A stretch of 63,979 nucleotides of DNA, the filler included, from Barthelona sp. PAP020 (Eukaryota): NCBI GenBank assembly GCA_040182905.1. It is 3 parts of 3 records of this genome, joined end to end, with 100 filler letters (N's around TTAATTAATTAA, not from the genome) between each part and the next. Parts side by side here need not be neighbours in the genome. Positions count along the whole stretch, not along the records: positions 1 to 24,362 come from JARQWU010000155.1; positions 24,463 to 48,823 come from JARQWU010000156.1; 1 more part is not named here. One strand, given 5' to 3'. Under the pieces are notes generated by a model. It was not told where the DNA came from. It saw only the letters and a list, made by a program, of their open reading frames with translations, and ran no database searches. Both the position numbers and the translations under genes were made by a program. This document shows positions 20,697 through 30,700 of this stretch, in pieces; within the stretch, counting starts at the first letter, position 1; the number at the start of each line of letters is the position of its first letter.

Positions 20697-20956
20697 TTTT
20701 AAGTGTATGTTTTCGTTTGAATAAATTATAATTTCGTTGTATTAATGATTTTCAAATGGTTATATTATTCTCTATTTTCTAAAATTATTATAATTAAATA
20801 TTGTATATTTAAAATTATTGAAAAAATATCACAATTTTGTCCAATTAAAAGACTAAAAAATTCTCTTTAACTGTTCCACTTTTCATTCACAACATTTTAT
20901 AATCATTCACTTTTCATGTCAAATGTTCCATAAAATTATTTAATTATTGTAACATC

Positions 20957-22081
20957 ATGAGAATTCAAAATATTGATGTGGATAATTGTAACTATTTTTT
21001 TTTTACAATGGATTCAATTAATTTGAATGAAAAACTGGATTTGTATTACCATTTAAATGAAATTAAAGTAAATCAAGATTTTGATGTTAATTCTGTTGAT
21101 GAATTTAACTGGACAATTCTTCTTCAATCTTCATATGCTGGGGATTTAGAAAATATAAAGAAATGTATAAAAGCAAAAGCCAACATAAATCATCAAGGAA
21201 TTGAAGGAAGAACTGCTCTTTGGATTGCCTGTGCCACTGGAAATTATGAAATTGTTCAAATTCTTGTTGATTATGGTGCAAATCTGGAGTTGTGTGATAA
21301 TAATGAATGTTCTCCTCTTTTTATGGCAGCTCAAGCTGGTCATAATCAAATTGTTGAATATCTAATTGAAAAGAATGCTGATGTAGACAAAGCAAATATT
21401 GTGGGATATTCACCTCTAACTATTAGTGCCCAAAACGGTCATTTAGACGTGATAAAATGCTTAATTGAAAATAATGCCAATGTGTCTTCAATCGATATTG
21501 AGGGAAACAATGCCTTAGCAATTGCTGTTCAGGAAGGACACATTGAAATTGTGAAATTTTTGATTGATGCTGGATCTGATGTCAACAATGCAAATGGCAA
21601 TGACTTGACACCTATTTACATAGCATGTGAAAGAGGTCATGTTGATATTGTTGAGTTATTGCTTGGTTACGATGTTGATGTAGACTTTAATGAGGAATCT
21701 GGTTTGAGTCTCTTTTTGGTCAGTTGCAAAAAAGGCAATTTGGATGTGGTAAACTACCTACTGACTAAAAATCCAAAGTTAGCATATACACAGTCTTCTA
21801 AGAACAAAGGATATCCCCTCATGCTTGCCTGTCAAATGAATCATTTGGAAATTGTAAAACTTTTGTTGGATAATGGTGCTGATATAAACTTTCACGGTTT
21901 CGATGATCAAACACCTTTATGGGCTGCGTGTTATTATGGAAATACTCAAATCGTGAATGAACTTTTAAAACAAGGAGCTGACACACAATTAAGCACAAAA
22001 CATGGTATGAAACCGATTGATATTGCGTCAAAGAGAGGATTTGAAGAAATTGTTTCAATTTTTGAAAAGAGTGTATTGTAA
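20957..22081 (+). CDS. Ankyrin repeat protein (~10 repeats). Start may be 21008.
   Basis: Repeated GxTPL/AL..A...GH..IV..LL..GADVN units. Confidence 0.92.
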   Translation: MRIQNIDVDNCNYFFFTMDSINLNEKLDLYYHLNEIKVNQDFDVNSVDEFNWTILLQSSYAGDLENIKKCIKAKANINHQGIEGRTALWIACATGNYEIVQILVDYGANLELCDNNECSPLFMAAQAGHNQIVEYLIEKNADVDKANIVGYSPLTISAQNGHLDVIKCLIENNANVSSIDIEGNNALAIAVQEGHIEIVKFLIDAGSDVNNANGNDLTPIYIACERGHVDIVELLLGYDVDVDFNEESGLSLFLVSCKKGNLDVVNYLLTKNPKLAYTQSSKNKGYPLMLACQMNHLEIVKLLLDNGADINFHGFDDQTPLWAACYYGNTQIVNELLKQGADTQLSTKHGMKPIDIASKRGFEEIVSIFEKSVL

Positions 22082-22185
22082 ACAAAGGATTTTTTTCTTA
22101 AAATAAATAAAAATGAAGCAAACAAATAAAAAAGCCTACAAAATTATTTACCAAAATTTTTGAAAAAAATAAATCAAAATGAAAA

Positions 22186-23382
22186 CTAACAATTTTCCAG
22201 AGCAGCATACAAATCAGCAAGAAGCTCTTGAGGGTCTTCTAAACCAATAGAAACACGAATCAAACCATCTGTAATTCCAGCAGCTTCTCTTTGTTCTTTT
22301 TGAACACCACTGTGAGTCATACATGCAGGGGCTTGAATTAATGTATCAACAGTTCCCAAAGAAACTGCCAAAGTGATATTATGAGAATTATTGCGGATAT
22401 AATTCAAAAAGTTGATGGAGGTGTTGATATCACCTTCTAATTCAAAGGCAAACATTGAACTAAAGCCCTTCATTTGCTTTTTAGCCAACTCATGTTGAGG
22501 ATGAGAAGGTAAACCAGGATGATACATAGATTTAACCTTAGGATGAGCTTCTAAACCCTTGGCAACAATTAAACCATTTTCTTGATGCTTGAGCATTCTA
22601 ATTTCAAGGGTACGCAATCCACGTGCAAGTAAGAAAGCATCCATAGGTGCCATTAAGGAACCAGTGTCCTTTCTATGATGGAATATTTTTTCAATCATTT
22701 CATCACTGTTGCAACATAAAGCACCTCCAACGACGTCACCATGACCATTCAAATATTTAGTGACAGAATGTACAGTGATATCAACACCAAGTTTACAAGG
22801 TTGTTGGAAAATAGGAGTGGTAAATGTGTTGTCCACGATGGTAATAATATTGTGTTCTTTCGCAATTGCAACAATAGCTTCAATATCAGTAACTCTTAAA
22901 GTAGGATTAGCGGGTGTTTCGAAAATAATAAGCTTGGTATTAGGCTTGATTGAATTTCTCAGCAAATCTAAATCAGAAACATCAATTGTGGAGCGTTCAA
23001 TGTTAAAACGATCATAACTTTCAGTTAAATTAACGGTACAACCATACATAGTATCAGAAACAATAAAATGATCACCAGCCCCTAAAAATGTAATCATAGA
23101 AGCGTTAAGAGCGCCCATACCAGAACCAAAACAATAACAATGTTTTGTGCCTTCTAATTTAGCAATAATAGATTCAGTGTTCATAACAGTGGGATTTGCA
23201 AGTCTTGAATAAATATAACCCTCACCTTTTCCTTGAAATAAATCCGCTCCATGTTGAACAGAATCAAAATAAAAAGTTGAAGTCTGATATATTGGAGTAA
23301 TGTGAGAATTGCATGGATTGTTATGTGCAAATAGATCACCATGTAAAGATGTTGATGCTAAACTATGTTCAACACTAGGCAT
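22186..23382 (-). CDS. MGL: Methionine gamma-lyase (PLP-dependent Cys/Met metabolism family)
   Basis: PIYQTSTF, YIYSRLANPT, SGMGA, MYGCT (the Cys characteristic of MGL), ETPANPT, DNTF, HSVTKYLNGHGDV (PLP lysine), AVSLG, LIRVSIGLED. ATG at 23382. Confidence 0.9.
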   Translation of the reverse strand: MPSVEHSLASTSLHGDLFAHNNPCNSHITPIYQTSTFYFDSVQHGADLFQGKGEGYIYSRLANPTVMNTESIIAKLEGTKHCYCFGSGMGALNASMITFLGAGDHFIVSDTMYGCTVNLTESYDRFNIERSTIDVSDLDLLRNSIKPNTKLIIFETPANPTLRVTDIEAIVAIAKEHNIITIVDNTFTTPIFQQPCKLGVDITVHSVTKYLNGHGDVVGGALCCNSDEMIEKIFHHRKDTGSLMAPMDAFLLARGLRTLEIRMLKHQENGLIVAKGLEAHPKVKSMYHPGLPSHPQHELAKKQMKGFSSMFAFELEGDINTSINFLNYIRNNSHNITLAVSLGTVDTLIQAPACMTHSGVQKEQREAAGITDGLIRVSIGLEDPQELLADLYAALENC

Positions 23383-24176
23383 ATTCAAATTTAAACAATA
23401 AAATTGAAATGGGTTTATCAGTCAAAAGAAATCCAAAGATCCATTTTGAATCACAACAACTTTTTTTTTGTTGTTAGTTTTTGGTACTTCAGAAACGAGA
23501 TTCAATTGATCAAGCAAATATTTTTCGGTAAAAAAAATGGAATGAAAGAAAAAAAAGAAATTATTGCAAATGTTCCAAAAATTAGGGGTTCAACAATTTA
23601 TGTGTGAGAAATTAGTACGAAAATTCAGTAAATTTTTGCATGAAAAAATAAGTTAAAAAATTCTTTCTGAAAAAAAGACTTTTGTTCAACATTCACAAAG
23701 AAAAAAATAGCCATATCATGACGAATTCCCTTTGAGATTGCTATAAAATTTTTTGACATCACAGTTCAAATTTCTGACATAAGGTAACAACAACACAATA
23801 ATTGAATGATTTCCAGTCCTTTTTGTGTCTCAGATGCACTAAGAGGACAATAAACCCCATAGATCTCAAAAAACATCAACACTTATTGGTTCCACGAAAA
23901 AGGAAAAACTTCATTTTATAAAGCGATCGAAATCACTATTTTGAATAAACCTGTATCTCACAAAAAGCCTTTAATGTGCTTATGCAGAACGATAACAAAT
24001 AGAAGCATAAAAGTTAAAGAAAATTAAGAAGGGCTCGAATTTCCACAATAAATCCATGTATTATTTCTAAATTTTCTTCAAAGTCGTTGAATTAATTCGT
24101 TTGGATCATAAATAAGCTATAAAAGCCTTGGTTTGAGAAAATTAAAAAAAAAAATTTTTTTCTTTTATCTTCATTC

Positions 24177-24362
24177 ATGGCCAAAAAAAGCAAAACGTTT
24201 ATAGATTTTAATATTATGACAATTTCTAATATATTAGTACAGACGAATTAACTCGTATCGCTATTATCAATCCTGATAAATGCAAACCTAAAGATTGTGG
24301 TTTAGCTTGTAAGAAGACTTGTCCTGTTGTTCGTACTGGGGGACAATGCATCGACGTAACTA
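24177..24362 (+). CDS. ABCE1: ABCE1/RLI1 ribosome-recycling Fe-S ATPase, 5' part only (exons 24177-24196 and 24238-24362, cut by the gap)
   Basis: Spliced translation [48 protein letters not shown] matches the RLI1 N-terminal Fe-S domain. Confidence 0.92.
24197..24237 (+). other. 41-nt spliceosomal intron in ABCE1
   Basis: GTTTATAG...TTCTAATATATTAG. Without splicing the RLI1 frame has a TAA at 24227 and no ATG. Removal joins ATG 24177 in frame. Confidence 0.85.
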
Positions 24363-24462
24363 NNNNNNNNNNNNNNNNNNNNNNNNNNNNNNNNNNNNNN
24401 NNNNNNTTAATTAATTAANNNNNNNNNNNNNNNNNNNNNNNNNNNNNNNNNNNNNNNNNNNN
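24363..24462. other. Assembly gap / artificial spacer
   Basis: 44 N + TTAATTAATTAA (stops in all six frames) + 44 N. Confidence 0.97.
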
Positions 24463-24709
24463 ATTGGACCTAAAGGTGGTCAAGAAACAACAAATAAAGG
24501 AAGTGATATTTGATGACCTCTTTATATCTCCAATAAATTCCGTTCATTGAGCATGAACTTCCACATAATTTTTTTTTTTTTTTTTTTTTGGATTCAACAG
24601 TTGAATGAATACTGAAATGATATCTGAAGGAACGGTCACAAAATCCTTGCACTTTTTGACACATAAAATATAAAACAAATAAAATTTTACTTTTCTTTTG
24701 AGCAAGAGG

Positions 24710-27700
24710 TCATTGCTGAGGTTCTTGAGTAAGATCTTGATTTGAATCTTCGACACAAATTTCTTGAGCTTCTACAACAACATTATCTTCTTTAACTTCT
24801 TTTTCTTCTTCGTCCTTTTCTTGATTTCTAAATTCAAATCGGTCGTCAATTTCAACATCTTCAACAATACCATTTGCTTGAAGTTCTTCTTGAGTATCTT
24901 CAATTGGATTCACTGCTGTTTCTGCAATAGTTACCTCAATCTGTTTAATTTTTTTTTCTTCTTGAATCTCTTCAGATGTGTCTGGATAAGGAACAGAAAA
25001 AGTGGCAGTAGGTTGTTCAAAAGATATATCAATTTCCAAATGGCCATTGACTTCACCTTTATCACTATCAAGATACTTTTGATCACTATTGTTATCACTC
25101 TTTTTGTCATCTTCATTTTCATCATCATCATCTTCTTCCTTAAATCTGGACAAGATTGGAATATTGAACCATTGTAACAAGAAGCCACCCAAACAAATGT
25201 AAATATTGACAAACAACAAAATTGAAACAATACCTGACAAAACATTTGTCATCAAAGGAGAAATGGAGTTGGCATCCATAATAATACCAGAGAAGACAAT
25301 TACAACAGCACATAATAAAGCCGCAGTTTCAGAAATATTATCAAGAGTAGAATTATAAGGCTGAACAATAGCTTGACCCATTAAAGCAGCAAATAAGAAG
25401 AAAATTGAAATCAAAGCACTATCTGTTGCATTGCTAGATAAGAAAACAATCGCTAAAACAATCAACAATTTTCTCAACAAACCAAAGGTTTCCCAATAAC
25501 ATACACTATCCTTATAACCATCATATAACTTACCGAAATATCTCTTAGATCTAGGAGAGTTTAGTTTGTTCGCATCCCTGAAGTGTCTAATAGTAAAGAA
25601 ATATGCAATAGGTAAGCCAATTACAAAGAAAACAATGGATAATACAGGAATCATCATGTTAGAAATGTGGGCATCACTCCAACACACAACGTTAGGTGAC
25701 TTTTTCAGAACCTTTCTGCCATCTGTCAATGAAACACAATCAAAATAGTCAATAGCAGATTGTCCAACAAATGCATAACAATATACAATAATAGTCATAA
25801 AAGCTGCAATAGATCTGTCCATGAACTTCATAGCAGATTTAACATTAAATCTCCTGAATATCCAGAATATGATGTTTAACAGAATCAAGATACCGAAGAT
25901 GATAACAGGTAATAAGATCTGAATTTTTGTGAAATCAATAAAACTGTAAGCAAACACACATGAAGGGTTCAAAATGTTTATGTCGAAATTGAAGGTCTTT
26001 AACCAATAAAGAGCTTGTTTGATGAAATCTGGCCAATTCAAATCAAGTTGATCAAAGAAACTGGTAATTTGAGCAAAAGAAAAGAAAGTCAAGATAGATG
26101 AGATGTCAATGTTAAAATTACTTCCCAATGATTTGATAGCTTCAACACCTTTGTTCATTGCTTCGCCAGAAAATTCCATTAATCCTTCCAAATTCTCTCC
26201 AATATCTTCAACCATATCTTGACCGTCATTTAAAACTTCAACAGCATCTCCAGCAATGATCAAAGCACCACCAATAATAACACCAAAGAAGACAAAGATC
26301 CCCACAATAATAAAGATGTTGCTTTCAGGACACTGCAAACATTTTTCTTGTTTCTTGAAAAATCCACTTGGACATTCAGAACATCTTTCTCCAATAAATC
26401 CGGTATTACATACTGCTGCAGTAATATTAACAGCAGATCCTCCAGGACAAGCTTCTTTGGGGTAACAATTGAGTACAACAGTGGGATTTTCAAGATTGAT
26501 AAAGTATCCACTGATAGCTTCAGGAGTACTAGACCCTAAAGAACATTTTCCTCCTTCAGGACATTCTGTACATTCCAATCCATCCCCATAATATCCTTCA
26601 TCACACAAACAGTCCCCAATCCATGTACTGCCAGTCTTTGAAGTAATTGCACCTGTAGGACAACTATAACATGATGATGAGCCAGTAACATTTTGATAAT
26701 TACCAATGGCACATTTAGAACAAGACCTAGATCCTAATTCTTCAGAATATGTACCAACAGGACACTCAACACATTGAGAATAATAATATTCAGAGTACCA
26801 ACCTTTAGAACAAGGGATAAAAGTGAATTTGAACGGTGTACGTTCAAATGTTGTTCCTTGCCATGAGATTTCAATGTATAAACTGGCAGCAATAGGGAAA
26901 GCCAATGTAGTGAAAGTGATGTTGTTTGAGTTAACAATTGTGCCATTGGTACGAGTGTAAACCTCCTTGTAATCACCAATGAACTTGATTATTGGCTTCT
27001 TATCAAGAGGGAAATTTTCTCCAGTAAGAGTCACAAGGGTTCCTCCCATTTGAGGACCACTCAAAGGAGATGCAGAAAAGAATTTTGGTGGTTTAGGAAG
27101 CACTAAAACAGTACTATTTTTGGTAATAACTGTAGATGTCACACCTATTGGCTCAATTTGAAAAATCAATGATGTCATGGACACTGATAAATCAGAGGCT
27201 TTCAATGAAACGGTATGATTGCCTGTAATTGTTGTAAAGGCATCCTTTTGAATGAAGTGAATCATCGTGCTGTTAACACTGAAAACAGATACATTAAAAG
27301 CAAAGTCAGATTCAGATGAAGTCTTAATAGTAAAATTAAGCTCAGTAACATCAACGGTGGTATCACTGAAAATAATGTATTCGCTTTGTAAGGAAAAACC
27401 GACATATACATTTGAAAGAATGGTGACACTAATTGGCTGACTATATACTTGTCCATCTAATGAAAGAGCGATGTTTACACTTGTAACATTATCTGAGATT
27501 TCAGGCATTGTGAAAGACACTTCTCCTACAGATTCCATTGATCCTAAAGATTGACCAAAAGTCTTAGCATCCTTGTAAATCTTGATAGAGATCATCTTTG
27601 CCTCGTCAATTGGACCGCCCTTGAATATAATCTTAGCAGAATCTCCACCAGACGCTGTAAATTCAGAAGTACTGATACTGACAATGGAAGGAACTCCATA

Positions 27701-30700
27701 AACAGTAATCTTGTTAGAAATGGTTTTAAATGTTGTCCCATCCAAACTAATAGAAATATCCAATTGTTTGAATAAGGTGGAAGGTAGAGTACCATACATA
27801 AATTTAGCTTTTAACGTAGAAGTGGTAATATCATAACAAGAAGCAGTATGAACTATCAAACCTTCAAATTCATATCTAACCTTACAATTAGACATATCTG
27901 AAAGTAATGTTCCAGTGAATGTGAAAGAAATATAATCAGGAGCATTGAATGAATAGAATTTCGAAGGTTCAAAAGAAGTCACTGAAATACCACTGGAACT
28001 TGTTGTTGTTGTTGTACATGCACCATCGTTAAAAGTAAAATTCAAAGAATCAAGTAAAACGTTTTTGGTATCTATTAGATCAACACGATATGAATTACAA
28101 CCGCATAAAGCCGCATAATTGCTTGAAAAATCATTTAAAGTGTAGTAATTGGAAGAAAAACGAGTAGCTACTTTTCCTTCTTCAACACAAACAAACGATA
28201 ACCTCCATTCTCTGGATATGGAAAGATCTGAATTAAAATTAAGAGAAAGCTTACCATTAGAATCAGAGAATGCGCTGAGGAAATATGAAACAGGTGTGGT
28301 AAGACCAGTTTCGAAGGTGTGCTCTGATATAATAACTGATGGGCTAGCCAAATCAACCAATTTCACATTATATGAAAGGGCAGGTTTAAAATTCAATTCA
28401 CTAGCTCGTAAATATCTTTGACTGCCACTAATAACAAAATTCTCATCGTTGACAATAACGTCAATATAATCAACTGCAGCATCACTGTTACTGAACGAAT
28501 AAGAAAGTCCACCATAAATATCAACATCATATCCTATCAAAACACCATTTTCCAGACTAAACATGTTTTTTACATCATAATTAGCAATTCTCACGTTGCC
28601 TAAATAATAATTGTAGCTACCATACTGATAACGCAGTTCATATCCACCAGCAACAACATTTTTAAAGGAACCACTCTTGGTTATGATAGTATTAGCGGCG
28701 TAGGTTTGATTTAGTATTCCTTCCTCTCCTATCATTGGATAATGGTTGTCATAATGCGAAGTGATGCCTTGTAAAAATAAAGTACCGTTCTGCAATATTT
28801 GCCATTGGTTCATAAAGGTGAAATTGACAGAAAAATCACATCTTTCAGTAACGCAATTAATAAATGCTGGAGAAACACGGGTAAGGAAATTAATTGTAGC
28901 GTTGACACCAACATAATCCCTTCGATAAAGTATTTGACCATTCGGAAGTTCAATATTGCAAGTCAAGGTTGATTGATAACTGAAAACAGCCGGATCAAAA
29001 TAATAATTTCCGATATATGTGTTTGAGTTTGGTGTCCCATGATTATCTAACGGAATTTCAACTCGTCTTTTATAAGAATCAACAGTATAACAAACTAGTT
29101 TCTTACCAGTCGAGTTGAAACGTGACATACAATCTGAATAAAAATAAAGCACAAAGGAATTATTACCATTCGTATAATAAGAATTTTGGTAATAATATTC
29201 ACACACTCTATACGTATTTGTTTCAATCAAGGGAAAATCAAAGAGCAATTGTGTCCCATTGGGATATTTACGGTACATCGTACTGTTAATGGAGTTTCCA
29301 GCCAAGAAATAATACGAATAGTAATTATTGGAGATGGCTTTCACATTCATTAAAAAGGAATTATCAGTGGAATTATGATAGGTTGCATAAACATAGTCAG
29401 AACTACGATATATGTTTGAATGATCATCAGTATCGAAATACTCAGCCATTGTAGTTATATTTACAACCTCTGAATAATTGTACCTGTAACTTTCGCGATA
29501 AACAGTATATGTATAGATACCAGGAACACTCATAGCAAAAGATGTGTTATGTATGTATACAGGTCTAATAGTGGTACAACTAGTGTTGAAATATTCACTA
29601 GGAGCAGTCAATATCTTAAATTCTGTCCGTTCTGCTATTGAAGCCTTTTCCAAAGGGAATCCCAAAGTAGGATATGCACTATTGCAGCATTGATGGTAAA
29701 TATCAAATTCCATAAGAGGCATTCTTCTCGATTTGTATAATGACTTTGTTGTATTTGCATGATACGAGCTACTATACTCAAAAGTATTTCCATTTGAACT
29801 CAATGCATAATGATCTGCACTGATTATCACTTGATAAGTTAGTGATGTATATGCCCTATAGAAGGGTAAATTAAAGCCATTTCTACGTATGAAGGAAAAC
29901 CCAAAATACATAATAGAATTATAATACTGAGACACATAATAGGTATCATAAGGTGTAAACTGAAGTAAATAGTTGTAATTACTGATTTTCAATGCGAATG
30001 CGGGACCATAATCACTCATAATAGCATAAGCAACTGTTCCAGCTGCTCTTCTGACTGAAAATGACATGCCAGAAAAAAATACATTTACCTGAGTAGTTGA
30101 TTCAAGCGTACCAACATCAAAATACATCTTGATTAAAGCATCATGAAGATCATAACCGAAGAATTCAATTCTGTTCTTTAAATGATTATAAACAGTAGAA
30201 TTACCCAATATTGTATAATTCCTGACACTTTCAACTGTTAGATTATCCGTGTTCAAAAGGTCAAAATTGGTTGTGTTAAATTCGTATCTTTGACCATACG
30301 TTTTGTTATAAAGAATAGTCAATCGATAGTTCGAACCATAAGTCGATACATATGGTACAATGCCATCGGTAATTGGTTCAACTTCCAAAGAAAATGTTTG
30401 GTTGACATAAGTCTTAAGATCAACAAAAAATCCACTTACATGAGTGCTGTTGTGACCCATAAAACAAACAACATCCTCATTTCCAATGAAAACGGTATTA
30501 TTGTGCATTAATTCAGTAGTGTTGTAATTAACAAACAAGAGATGCATTCCAGATTGTTTTTCCTCGTAAATCATGTTTCCTTCACTTGTATTCAAAAAAC
30601 AAAATGTACCATTTGAATGGATGTTTGTGCACATCTTGAATGTGGGTTTAAACATACTAGGATCAATACCATATGATAGAGGGGTATTGGTTGAAGATGA

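Noticed and set aside
24407..24418. TTAATTAATTAA palindrome inside N runs (also 48868-48879)
   Set aside because: Identical six-frame-stop linker centred in both 100-nt gaps. It is an assembly artefact, so adjacency across the gaps cannot be trusted.
24463..24513. IGPKGGQETTNKGSDI* after the first gap as the ABCE1 C-terminus
   Set aside because: No recognisable ABCE1 motif. It could be the end of any gene and cannot be assigned.
24470..24709. Open frame continuing past the TGA of the 2400-aa receptor
   Set aside because: The extension runs through a long homopolymer and looks like intergenic sequence. No homology supports readthrough.
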